This document shows, piece after piece, positions 11,452 to 23,829 of a stretch of DNA of 57,784 nucleotides. The translations under genes were made by a program, and so were the position numbers. This DNA is from Octopus sinensis. Its lineage: Eukaryota. Position 1 is the first letter of the stretch. Each line of letters begins with the position of its first letter. Under the pieces are notes generated by a model. That model saw only the letters and a program-made list of their open reading frames with translations, did no database searches and was not told the DNA's origin. The stretch lies in contig NW_021833096.1 in NCBI RefSeq assembly GCF_006345805.1, forward strand, positions 1 to 57,784, given 5' to 3'.

Positions 11452-12456
11452 TTAAAGGAGAATCAGTATGCACAGAAGTGCACCAGCCATAAAATGAAGA
11501 CTCCTATCTACTATTATATATTACGCCCTCATTCCAAAAAGGGAAGGGGTAGAGTAAGCAATATACCTTTTCCGATTACGTCAACATCGACCTCTGGGTC
11601 ATTATTTGTATTATTTCCAGCATCAGAATTAGTTTCTGGGCCTCCATTCGTATTGATCGTATTTTCTTCATCTTCAGAATTAGTTTCTGGGCCTCCACTC
11701 GTATTGATTGTATTTTTTTCATCTTCAGAATTAGTTTCTGGGCCTCCAATCGTATTGATCGTATTTTCTTCATCTTCAAAATTAGTTTCTCGGTGTTCAC
11801 TTGTATTTTCTTCATTTAGTTTCAATGCCTCCAAAATAGTTTCATATCTTAATTCTCTGAATCTTTGATTCAATTCTCTACTTGGGATAATATTTCTATA
11901 ATTACAAATAAGTACATTACAATATATTTTCCGAATTTAAAATACTGTTAGTGTCATCACTATCTTCAAAATTCATTATTTTGAGTAATTTGTATATGAT
12001 AATTCCAGGTTTATATGGCTTATATTAAAACACTGAATATACTTGACATAGGGTATCGTTAAACATTTCATCGTCTATAAATGTGTTATATTTACCTTAA
12101 CCATTCGTTGAACTAGTAAGGAATACATTTAATCTTCCAACTCTATTAATAACATCATATCCTTCATCACTAGCTGAACTACAGTTTGACTGACACAGAG
12201 TTCAAACTCAACAATCTCAATTGAAATATCTTCTCCTTGTTTGACAAACGAAATATTCACCAATTGAGACAGTGACTACAGCAATTAAATAATCATTTAA
12301 CATTTTTGACAACATCCAACATGAACATCTGAATTAAAATAAAAATAGATTACTTTATTCTCATCATATTTCACCTTTAGTTCACCGAGACCTATTTGAT
12401 GTCAATAAAATAATACTTGATGTGTATTGTAGCACCAACAGCACAGTCAGAATCAT
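11452..12456 (-). CDS. Orphan secreted protein, probably GPI-anchored, with 17-aa acidic repeats
   Basis: Hand-spliced open model: signal peptide MILTVLLVLQYTSS, unique domain, ETNSEDEENTINTxGGP repeats, C-terminal DRSLHFMAGALLCILILL*. Confidence 0.65.
11625..11790 (-). repeat. 51-bp coding tandem repeat, about 3.3 copies
   Basis: Near-identical units (TCAGAATTAGTTTCTGGGCCTCCA..CGTATTGATCGTATTTTCTTCATCT) are directly visible. Confidence 0.9.
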
Positions 12457-13149
12457 TATTATTCATCGTTGAGTTTCATTTTATATCTGTGTAATTAGGC
12501 TAATTATTTGCACATTTTTATGTAGTTTTTAAAATTGAGTTATTTCATATTTAATCTCTCTAATCTGACTAACTCTAGCAGAGGTGCAGTTGAAAACGAA
12601 CTGATAATAAAATTCCATCATTCAATAATTATTAATTTAGGATTTTTGGCCATTCATGAACACCTGGACTTCAGTGCCAAAACTAGCACGGAACCTGTAA
12701 AAAGAACGGCCATTGAAAATGTCCAGCCTCGTTCTGTTGATGACAATTAAAGTCTCCCTTATCTGGAAACGAACTCAAAATTAGACGCAGTGAAAGCAAT
12801 TATCTTCTCTATGAATGTTGAAGATAGAAGACAGTGGGCAGTATCAGTTTGCGAAGCTATCCATTCGAGGTTAGGGCGTGTCCCTAGAGGTAGTTGGAAT
12901 GTAATACTAGAGAATTTTAATTTTAAATTTGAAGATAAAATCTTTTTGTCCGAATATAGAAAGTTGGAAAATAAAAGGCAACTATCTTTTGCTGATGTGG
13001 ATGAGTCCAAAAAAATGGCTGATTTCTCGGGAAGTGGGTGTGATACAGGACTGTTCGCTTGCTGCAAGCTAACTAAAAATTTATATATAAGTGCATGAAA
13101 ATTAGTTGATAGCTAAATTTTCAAAGATTAAATTCAAGGAAACAAATTC

Positions 13150-13990
13150 TTGCTTCCCATATACATCCGAATGAAATGTAGCACTTATTCACCCAATTCT
13201 GAAGTCCGGGAAGCCTAAGGACAATCTTGACTTATATAGACCCATCTCTCTATTATGCGTCCTATCTAGAATCCCTGAGAAACTAATACTAAAACTAATC
13301 CAATCATCTCTCCACTTGTTACATTCCAACATGGTTTTAAGAAAGGACCATTTAAATCTTCATATCTGAAAAAAACTCTAATTTTATCTACGAAAGCTTC
13401 AAAACCAAGCCTATCTAAAAAAAATTCTTTGCTCAGTAGAAATACAAAAGGCGTTCGATTCAGTCACTAAAAAGAATCTTTATTGAGCGACATTCCAATC
13501 CCTACTCACCAGGACGACATCTTACTCTTCTATGCTGATGATATCATATAAGATCAACGGACCAAAATCCACTCAAAGCAATCCAAAGACTTCAGAGAAA
13601 CATCCACAACATGTTTTTCTGCAATGTACAAACCAACTGAATCTAAGCTCCGAAAAATGCATAAACACTCTATTCACGACAACAAAAAATTATCCAACTC
13701 CGAAATCAATGTTATTTTAAAAGGAACAAGAATTTAGCAGATAAATACTAGGTGTGATCTTTGAAACTAATTCTCATTCTCTAAGAATATTGACAATCAT
13801 ATAATTAAACTATCGAGAAGATCAAACTTTTTAAATTCCTTTCTTGGTTCATGCACGGGGATACAACAATCCTGATTTAAGACTATATACAAGCAAATAT
13901 GTCAAGCCCTCCATTGCTTATGCTTGTGGTGGCTGGAAATCATTTCTGGCCCCCTCCAAAATCTGCAAAAGATCTCGAACCTACAGCTGA
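13150..13990 (+). mobile_element. Degenerate LINE reverse transcriptase (Jockey/I-like)
   Basis: Broken motifs ALIHPILKSGKP..YRPISLL..EKLIL, QHGF, KAFDSV, YADD, KxLGVIF. Confidence 0.7.
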
Positions 13991-14229
13991 AGTCTATCTC
14001 CAGTTTTACTAAACGGATTATAAAGCCAAAAGCTTTTGAAAAGCTTGTAAGGACGACGGGTTCTAGAGACAGCCCTGACCTTTGGATCCTTGTCCAATTC
14101 GAAGATGCGTCAAATCCCTGGCTGAACACATAGAGAGGATGCGTAGAGTGATTGGGAATGTCGGGATCACCTAAATAATTTGTTTGCCTGCTTAGACGGC
14201 GTTTGTTTTCCTGCTAAATAAAATAAATA

Positions 14230-15593
14230 CAGTACGACCCCGCCCCAATAGAAAAGTGCCCCAAATATAGAGGTTGCCCCTAAGATAGAGGGTATATATA
14301 ATTTTTACATTTTAAAAGCAAATATCTGTATTTTTTAATAATAAAATATGTTTTTTCGTATTAAAATATGTTTTTTCGAATAAGGAAGTTTCAAGATCAT
14401 TAATTATTCTCATTGAATCTTTTAAGTCGGACCCTTCAATTTCATCATTTCCATTATACAAAGTATCATTATCCTCAATTCCGTTTATTTCAAGATCCAT
14501 TAAAGCTAAAACATGCTTATCAATTAATTCAGATTTTTTTTTGAATTAATTTCAGGAAAACATGTTCTCTGTTCGTTTATTTTCATCCAACAATTGACAA
14601 TTGTTATTGTTGTTACTCGACTCCATGCTTCTCCCACATATGCGATTATTTGCCTCATATTAATTTTCAATAAAGTCGAATAGTATTTTTTAAGATCATC
14701 AGGTATTTTTAGGAAATTTAAAAAATGATAAGTTTGAATATTCTTGTAATTTGTGGCACGGTGCATTATCCATAAGAATCAAAATTTTTCTGTTTTTTTG
14801 AGCCATTTCGAAGTTTATCTTCTGTAACCATTTATCGAAAATATCAATCGTCATCCAAGCATTTTTGATGCAGTGTACAAAACCTAAAAATAATCTAATA
14901 CAACATACTCCATAATCTTCAGTTTTTATATTTTTTAAGCATCTTGGGGATTTGAATTTCCCGATAACAAGGAGCTTTAATTTCTCACCTTCAAGGCTGC
15001 AGCATAAAAGAACCGAAACTCGTTCTTTACTTTTTGTTTTACAGAAACAGTCATCATTCGAAGATACAAATGATTTATATGAATTCTTTTTGACAAAAAG
15101 GGATGTTTCGTCACAGTTGAAAATATCTTTTTTCTCGAATTTATCAAATAAATTGTCGTAATCATTAAAAAAATCTTCGATCTTATCTTTGTCGCACGAG
15201 TTCTTTTCTCCGGAAATTACTTTAAACAGTAATTCGTGACGTTTTTTAAAACGATCCAACCATCCATTCGATGCTTTAAAATTATCGAAGTTAAGGTTCG
15301 ATGCAATTTTTTTTGCAACAGTTTTCAAGAGAAATCCTGAAACTGAAATCCCATCTTCTCTCAAATTTTTAAAAACTTCAAAGACTAATCGATCAATTCA
15401 ATAATAAATTTTAATATTATCGATTGAAAAAGTGCCCTAATAAGCGGGGTTCCGTATTTCGAATTTAAGCTTCTTATTGGTCAAAAAATATACAAAAACT
15501 GAGAAATCATTCAAAATAATTTTTATTAAAAAAATCGCCCCAAAAACAGAGGGTGCCCCAAGGCCGGGGTTTTATTGGGGTGGGGTCGTACTG
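14230..15593 (-). mobile_element. pogo/Tigger DNA transposon with frameshifted transposase
   Basis: TIRs CAGTACGACCCC(G/A)CCCCAATA, TA on both sides; FKASNGWLDRFKKRH, IFNCDET, KNAWMT, ILILMDNAPCH, IVNCW. Confidence 0.92.
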
Positions 15594-15806
15594 TAGCTAA
15601 ATAAAAATGGAGAATTTAAAAATATTTCTTAAAGTGGCCAAAATATTTCTTCAAATATTTATTTTTTTTTTATTTTTTTTTTTTTATAAATATTTAATTA
15701 AAATGGGGAATAAGTCTCAATTCCAACTCTTCTTCAAATATTAAAAATCAAACTGCTTCCAGGCACCGTTGTCAATTTTAATTCTCTGATAATGTATCTT
15801 ATGTAT

Positions 15807-16107
15807 CTATAGATGAGTATTGGACAAAAATTGATTAATAATCGCCAGACTCAGCGACGCCTCGCTGCGTATTGTTAGCAGTTTCCGCGGTGCACGGCGA
15901 CAGAGATTCACTGAAAGAGTTAGTTCACTCTTGGAAAAACCAAAAGTGATTCTGTTTGTGTCTACGGTCTCGGCTTTTGACAGGGCAATAAGCCAAGCAG
16001 AGAAAAGAAGCTCTTTGGCAACGGTTGGAATGGTGCCGATCGCAAGAAGAGCACAAGCGCCCCTTCTTGCGGGAATTGGATAATTTACATGAGACACAAG
16101 TTTTCAT
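15807..16107 (-). CDS. Possible small unknown gene (frame unresolved; one frame has CxxC...CxxC)
   Basis: GC-richer island with two overlapping ORFs of 96 and 60 aa; no recognisable homology. Confidence 0.25.
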
Positions 16108-16213
16108 GCGAGAGAATGATAAAATGGAGTGAAATAAAAGAAGGAACGATTAACAATTAACAAAATAACAACAATGAGTCAATACATATTTTAATATGAA
16201 TACATATATTAAT

Positions 16214-16656
16214 ATGAATTCTAGTGATGAGTGCTCTAGTGGTATAATATCTGTATCTGATAACATCGATGAATCCGAATATTCTGTTTATAATACATAA
16301 TAATGTACAATTAGGCCGATGTAGTGTCACTCTCCGACTCTGCTGAATCTGAACTCATAATAGAAGAAATCTCTGCATATGACGAAACTGAAGCTTCTGA
16401 CTCTTTTCCTTATGTGAAATCAACAAATGAATTTATCGAAAAAAACGATGAATCTATTTCCGACCTTTTTGATGAGAGAGAATTTTGCTCCTTTTCTGAA
16501 ACACTGGTTGAAAATTCCAACTCTCAATTTCCCCAACAAAATTTTCAGAGTGATCGGAATACATTTTTGACAAAATGGGTGATTTCAGGACTGATTGTCA
16601 CCGGATTAGCTGCCATTTCTTTTATTGGTGGACTCATCTTCAAAAAACGAAAGTAA
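16214..16656 (+). CDS. Acidic tail-anchored membrane protein, about 137 aa
   Basis: ATG 16214, intron 16286-16314, Ser/Glu/Asp-rich body, C-terminal TM WVISGLIVTGLAAISFIGGLIF followed by KKRK*. Confidence 0.7.
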
Positions 16657-16724
16657 TCATTCACTTCATTCATTTTCTTGTTACTTTTATTGATATGCAG
16701 CACTTTTACAAATCTGCGGTTCTT

Positions 16725-18431
16725 TATTTTAGAGCGGAAGATACTAAGCTCAATAAAATATAATTCTTTTTTATTGCATGACCTTAGTGTCTTTGTTATT
16801 GTAAGAAACGGTCCATTGTATTTTCTTATCGATTTTGTGGTTGGTACTTTCCCGATGTTAGGAAATTAATGTTATCAATATTTAACTAATCAATTCAAAA
16901 TATTTAACAAATTTTTACAGAGAAAGTGTTGCACTGTCCTTATTCCATGAAATGGAGTCTTCAATTTTATCAACAAGATCATTATAGATTTTTTCTAAAG
17001 ACTCACAGTTATAAAATAGCTATTTACAATTAATTTATAAACAGGAAATTTTTACAAGAAACTTAAAATAATACAAGAATGCATTTTTCAAAAAAATGTC
17101 GTATCTAGCAGATATGATTTCTCCCACATGACAATTATTTTTTAGCCTCAGAAACTCCGCACAATATGAAGATGCTTCAAACCTGGTATCTGGAGGATCG
17201 GACTGTATTATTTAAATTAAATGTTTTCTTCGAATAATTTTAGATATAATTTAAACTCGGTAAAACATCTTTACAGAATTAATCTCTACGTCTATTGTCT
17301 ACAATTGTTAAATCTCACCGTCTTTTTGTTGATTTTCATTTTCACAATTTTTCTGCAAATTATATTCTACGATCATCTCTCCAATTTGTCATTAAAAAAT
17401 CTTTTGTATATATACTTGGACACTCTCTTTGATAGTGTAACTAAATACTTAATGAAATCTACGACTAATTCGACCAAAGGGATTTATTTTGGATAGTATG
17501 GATTTTCAGAATAATTTAATCTGACGATACTCAACTATTTTAAGAACAATCTGTTTGTTTATGGTTGTGGTGACCAATTTATCTTTAATAAGAAAGGTTC
17601 TTATTAAATACTAGAAAATATCTGAGTAATTTGTAGTTAAAAAAAATTTCTAGTTTATACGACACATGTCGACTAATAATCGGTTTTAAATTTAATATTA
17701 AAAAAGAAATGTATGTTTGGCTTTTTAATTTTTTATCTTCATTTTGAACAAAAACTCAGAGTGAGTGAAGGTCAAAAATTAAAATTTTGTCAAATAATCA
17801 ATGGAACAAAAAATTCTGTAACCACAATTGTGTTCGGGATTATATACAATATGTGAACTAACTAACTTAACATCTTCCACTTTGATATCATCATGTTTGC
17901 CCTTCCTGTGTAGAGTTTGAGACATTGAAGTTTCAATAACTATTAATTCTTACATGAGGACAAATGATAATTTCCACAATATTCAAAAAAACATGTGAAA
18001 TCGAGGTGGAATTCCTGATCTCAAGAAGAGACATGTGATTAATTGGGGACCGCATTTCTATATTTACGAATAAGTAGACTACATTTTATTTTTCGGATTT
18101 AAAATGTTGTAATGGTAATAACTATCCTCAATTAAATGTAGTTTAAATAAAATTTAATCCTCAATTCCTTTTTATTTGTTTGTTTTAAATTTGCTTTGTA
18201 TTTTTTATTGAAATAATGAGCGAAATGTCATTCTTTGTTTAAGGATTACATAAAGTTCTTTTTCTATTCCAGCTAATCTTCTTGCAATATCTTTATTATC
18301 AAGTGGCTATATGATTTTGTCTCTTCGTTGCTACTTTTAGACTTCTTCTACAATGTAAACAAATTTATTTTGATTTGTTCGGATTGATTCGTTTTTAACA
18401 ATTACCTGTTTTTTCGACACATCTTAAACAT
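16725..18431 (-). CDS. Divergent multi-exon gene, possibly RasGEF (CDC25) domain
   Basis: Exon peptides LDNKDIARRLAGIEKELY and IPLVELVVDFIKYL resemble RasGEF conserved boxes; full splicing not resolved. Confidence 0.3.
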
Positions 18432-18686
18432 GAATAAAATTGTTGGTTGTTTGTGTTAGATTAGTCATTTATATCTTCTGAATTAGTTTTACTAAAAATA
18501 AGACTTCTGAACAAAGCAAAACTGAGACATTTTGAGTCACAATATTGAGACGTAAAATCATATCGATGTATTAAAATTTTGTCCTTTTATATGTTTGTTG
18601 TTTAGTGATCTTCTTTATTTGACAGTTGATAAGTAAATTTTCACGAATTTGTTGTATTATAAATAATACTGAATAGTTTACAAATT

Positions 18687-19242
18687 TTTTTTTTTTTTTA
18701 AACGTATTTAACTAACAATTAACACCGAAAATAGTTAAGTTCCAGCGGCGAGGACGCAGTGTGCGTTGCCCCGAACAATGGCCAGGCCGATGCGCTGGCG
18801 GAACCAGAGGCTCTCTCTCGAGTCCTTGAGCCTTCTCCCGATGGACTGCCCGACCTCTTTGAGGAACGAGTCAGTCTCCTTTCCTGCAACTCCAGCGGTC
18901 TCCAGAGCGATTGCCGTAACGCGGTAGCGGTCCGCGAGCGAAGAATATTTATGTATTTTTATCTTTTCGGCGTGGTTTGCAGCCGAACAAGGGTTTGCCG
19001 CAGAAGAATGGATCCTCGATTTCGAAAAGGTATCCACAACGGTGACATCCCATACAAGGGCCTTCCCCGACGAGTACGGGAATATTGTCATCCCGTCAGG
19101 CCTTTTGCCATCTCCCCGATCGAGTCCGACCGGTTCGAGGAGGCACGAATGGCCCGCCATTTCGAGACCGGCCTTTACGATTTCATTGAGGGCCTTGTGT
19201 CTGTGTTCCCTGCCTGCGCTCCTCTTGCAGGAAAGTGGGTGC
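18687..19242 (-). mobile_element. 5'-truncated CRE-like RLE retrotransposon
   Basis: LEPVGLDRGDGKRPDG..ALVWDVTVVDT..ALETAG..AIVRGN; poly(A) tail; 12-bp TSD AGTTTACAAATT at 18675-18686 and 19243-19254. Confidence 0.9.
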
Positions 19243-20130
19243 AGTTTACAAATTGACTTTAGTTTAATGACTTTAGTTTAATATGTTTTTTTTTGTTTAA
19301 TAAACATTTTATATAAGTTCATCTAAAAAGTTTAGTTTCCAGTCTTGTCTTGATATTAAGTCAGCAAGACGCGCTGGAATCACTGTCTCGAAGATCTACA
19401 GAACCAGAGAAAAATCAAATCGGACTAGTCACCAAATACCAAAAGGGTTACTTGAGAAAATTGGGTGTAGATAACTCTCTACTCCTAATAAAATGAAATA
19501 ATCTGAACCAGCTTCCGAACACCTTTAGATTTTTGACAGATTCCAACTTTTCTTTGGAAATTTTAATTTGCTCCTGGACCAGTAGCTTATAAATTAGTTC
19601 TCAATTCTGTCAAAAGCTTTACTTAGTATCAGTCATAATTAAGGAATTTCTTAAAAGTTTAAATTGTGCTCAATTAATATTTTTATAATTTATATATTTT
19701 TGTGTAGTATTTGGTGAATTTATGATTCCGGTTGGTCACCACAACGCGAGGGTCTGGGTATTTGAATTCCGATTGGGGAAATTTTTGGTACTTTTAATAC
19801 CTTATTTGTGTACTTTTTTGGTTAAATATTTAAAATAACCCTAAAATATGATTCTGTCTAACATGGAACTTATTTGTTTTTAGAATTTAATAAACTATTA
19901 TACAAGTTAGCAATCATCTTAAAAAAGTTAGAAGAAAAACCAAATTGTGAGTGGAATCAATGAGAAGATTTACATTAATTATTTTTCGATTTTCTGTAAA
20001 ATAAAAATAAAAACAGTGATTTACAGTTTTAAAAAACATAAATGACATATAAAAACATAATTGCCTGCCAATATGACAATTAATTAAAAATTTAGTTTAA
20101 ATACTGGAAAAATGGAAAATAATAATTAAA

Positions 20131-20716
20131 ATGTTCTATTTTCTAATTCTATCAATTTTTGTGCAAAGTGCTCCAACATCGAACAGTAATTCATTTTATT
20201 TAAGTTTAGAATGTTTTAATGGAAAATGTTATATTTTTGTGACGGATAGACTAAGTCGACAAGATGCACAAAAAGTTTGTAAAGAAAAAAAAGGTTCACT
20301 CGCAAATATAGACAGCAAAATCACAAATAATTATATTCATGGTTAACGCAAAAATAATTTATTTCAGAAAATTTTATAAAAAACGCAAAATCAAAGTTTT
20401 GGATTGGAGTAAATGACATCCAGAAAGAAAACGAGTTTTTGGATTCTTATGGAAATAAACAAGTAATTCAAATTTTTTAATTCAGACCTTTTTTAATTGG
20501 AATACAAAAGAACCTAATAATTTTTACGATGAAAACTGTGTTGAGATATGGATCCCTAGTGGAGTCTGGAATGATCAGAGTTGTAATGATAAATTACCAT
20601 TTTTGTGTGAAATTTTGGGTTTTTATTTTAAACTAACTATAATAGACATTTCAAGCAACCCAGAAATTAAAATAAGTAACCAAGTTGGAAAAAGCAAGAA
20701 CGTATGCGATAATTAA
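20131..20716 (+). CDS. Secreted C-type lectin, EPN/WND (mannose/GlcNAc-type), copy A
   Basis: Signal peptide MFYFLILSIFVQS; CYIF..AQKVC..GSLANI..FWIGVND..FFNWNTKEPNNFYDENCVEI..WNDQSC..PFLCE. Confidence 0.88.
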
Positions 20717-21385
20717 AATATAACTAAACAAATACTAATTTTCTTGATTTGGTAAATACTAATTTTTCTCACAAATTTTTTTTCTCCTGTGTCAATATTA
20801 AAAACAATTATATTCTTTGACGTTGTGTAGTGAATGTCTGTTCTCTCAAACATGAAAACAAATTCTGTTGGCTTTTTACTAAATTGATAAAAATTGATAC
20901 CTAACCAGGAGTATGACTTTTGCCTTCACGGGTCTATGAACCTCCTGGAATCTCAATAGATCACTCAAAAAAAAATTATCAAAAATTGGTTTGAGATATA
21001 TAAAATATAGATTAACTCTAATTGTCAACTTGTTTTTTCTACTCATTCTTATGCAATAAACATTAAAATTGTCAGAGGAAAATACCAGAGATTTGCTTCT
21101 ATTTAAAAAATTATTTAACAAACCAACCATGATCTGAAAATACTTGCGGAGAAAGAAGATACAATGATTAAAATGTTGAAAGAGATTGATAAATATTTTG
21201 ATTTTGTTAGTCTCGGGGTAAATCCTGAAAAATCGGAACCAATTTACAATGCATAAACGCCGTGGAATGTTTTGATTGATACGGAGCTATTGATATATCG
21301 AGTTTTTAAAGAAATTAATTTAATGAAAGACGAAATTTTATGCTAACATAATATATAACTACAACTTTATCTTTTTTTCCTGTGT

Positions 21386-21475
21386 CCATTGTTCGCGGCA
21401 ACGCACACTGCGTCCTTGCCGCTGGGACTTAACACTTTTCTTCTATCTCTTTGTTTTGAAAAAAAGAAAAAAAAA
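21386..21475 (+). mobile_element. Very short 3' fragment of the CRE-like family seen at 18687-19242, with A-rich tail
   Basis: CCATTGTTCGCGGCAACGCACACTGCGTCCTTGCCGCTGGGACTTAAC is nearly identical to the reverse complement of about 18734-18781. Confidence 0.8.
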
Positions 21476-21816
21476 CTTTATCTTTGAAGCATGAATTGAA
21501 TTTAACTCAAATATTAAATATATCAGAAAAGGAAAAGAGAAGTTTCTTTTTTAATTAAATGAAACGAAAGAAATTGTTAAGGACAATAAGAAGAACTGAT
21601 GGCGATCCTGTTTCCCCTCACTATTGCTAAATTTTATTCTCTTTAACAGCTATGAGAATGTTGATTTTGTTGAATCTTCCTAATGCCTTACAAAAGAAAA
21701 TAACAGCCAAGATCTAAAGCCGTGTATTGTTTGCTTCAAGATAGAAATTTATTTTTTTACTCCTGAATGTGGATCATTTGACCACACGATGTAACAAAAT
21801 GTTAAAAAGTAATTAT

Positions 21817-23278
21817 TAGGGCGAACATTTTTTAACTTTAAAAATTGAAAAAAATTAACTTTAAAAAGTTAACTTTATTAACCTATAAACCAAAATTTTT
21901 AACCTTAAAATTAAAAAAATTAACTTTATTTTTTCTCAACTTGAACTTTTAAAGTTCTTAGTTTAAACTTTTAAACGAGACAATAGAAGACAAAACTTAT
22001 TTTAAGAACTATTTATTGAAAATTGATATTACGTAATTTTCCAGATTTGGAGTACTAAAGTACCTTAAAAAACTCCTGAATTGCGAAAAACAATTTTTTA
22101 AATCTTTCCCGGCTAAATCGTAAATAAATTAAAACAATACCGACCATCATACCTTGCAGCATCAGAAATAAGAAGCATAAAATTATCCCTTTTGGCCATA
22201 AAATTTCGGATCAAATCATCAACAATCTGGGCTATAATATTTTTGTAGATGCAGAATCAATTTGCTTGAATGAGACCAAATAAATAATTTTAGGAAGTTT
22301 GATTGATCCCACCAAAACCGCGACATATCGTTGGTTTCGGATTTGAGTCTCATCGATTATCGAAAAATTTTTTTGTTGTCTAAAAAATAAAATTTGATGG
22401 AATAGTTAAATTTGATCCTGAAAGAATCCATATATTCATTAGCAATATATTTAGCACAATTTCTAGCTTGTGATTGTGAAGGAAGTGAAATCTGGTTGCA
22501 TTTGAATAAATCGGTAAACAAAGGCATCGATAATTTAGTTAGTGGAATGTCATATTTCAAAAAGGCCTTAGTCACTTTCAAATCCCAGGTATCAATTTCT
22601 GATTCATCTAATTTTCGTTGGCGATATGTTGTCAAACTATCTATTATATCATCGAAAAATTCTTACCAACGGAAATTTTATGTTTCTTGGACAACCTGTG
22701 GAGGTTAACAAAATGCCTTTTTGAGCACTTCACTGTCGTTAACATAGTTACAAAATAACTCATGGTTTTTATTTAATTTGAAATTCTTTAGAATTCGTTA
22801 GAAGAGATTTAGACGTGCGTGACATACAAAAGTTTAAACTACATGCTGCTAAATATTTATTATTATAACACATTCCGTAGGAACATAAACAAGTTATAAA
22901 TCCCACACGTGTCACAGCGAAACAATCTTCTGGACCATCCTCGTCCATGCCCCTCTGTTGCGGGCGAGATCCCGCAAAGATTCTAGGTCGTCCCAGTTTT
23001 GAAACTTTTACCATGAAGTCTGAGATCCCTTTCCAGAACTGCCGGAAGAGTGGATCTAGGTCTCCACGATATTTGTCTCCATGTTCGGAGAAATAATCGT
23101 CCAGCTAAATAAATCCTAAATATTTCTAATAATTTGTTGAAATAATGAAAAAAAAGTTACAAACAATTACCTTACAATTTATTTTTTTGATTTTTTAACT
23201 TTATTATTTTTAAATATAGAGATATAATGTTTAAAATAGTAAAAACTTAAAATTTAACTTATTAACTTGGCACCCCTA
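21817..23278 (-). mobile_element. hAT element, CGGBP-type, internally deleted
   Basis: 8-bp TSD GTAATTAT (21809-21816, 23279-23286); TAGGG termini; AACTTT subterminal repeats; BED-like LFC..HFVNLHRLSKKH, DIPLTKL, IIDET, LLISDAARYM. Confidence 0.82.
22856..23103 (-). mobile_element. 3' end of an RTE-like LINE nested in the hAT
   Basis: RPRSTLPAVLERDL..LRDLARNRGAWTRMVQKI*, (TAA)n tail, TSD GCTAAATA (22848-22855, 23104-23111). Confidence 0.75.
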
Positions 23279-23829
23279 GTAATTATATAAAGACAAACAA
23301 AGTCAAAGATGGATACATTTGTATTTATGCACATTTGTGGCTTCAAAAAGATCAAAGGTCTCAATACACACTCAGTTCAATCAATTGTTGAGACACAGAG
23401 AATGAAATCAAAGTGGAAAATAATGAAGCGCAAACAAAACAACCAGACATTTTGTAGCTAGTATCAATGTTTTGTAGAATAGTCCTTTTTCCTCTAACTG
23501 TCATCCCTCTATTTCAACTAACGCATAGTTTGTTTTCAACTAACGCAATAAGGTGATAGACTGAAATTTTAACTAAGTTTGTTTAATAACGATTTCTATA
23601 TTCTAAATTTGTATGGATGCTTTTTGACAACACCCAAACTAGAATTGGTAACATTGTTGTTAGTCGTGATATCATCCATAAGCAGCAGGGTAGTTGTCAT
23701 GCGTTTTTGAGATTTTTCAATGTGAATTTAGGAACGTTTCGTTAACATTCGGCTGACCATAAAATTTGAAAAAAAAACATTCAAAAATTCCGCTTTGTCG
23801 AGATTTTTATTGGATGTAAATCAATAAAT

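Noticed and set aside
19728-19780. tRNA-derived SINE head
   Set aside because: Only a vague A/B-box resemblance; no tail or TSD.
22769-23014. 81-aa ORF as a captured host gene in the hAT
   Set aside because: It is a chimera of an off-frame LINE tail and the transposase start.
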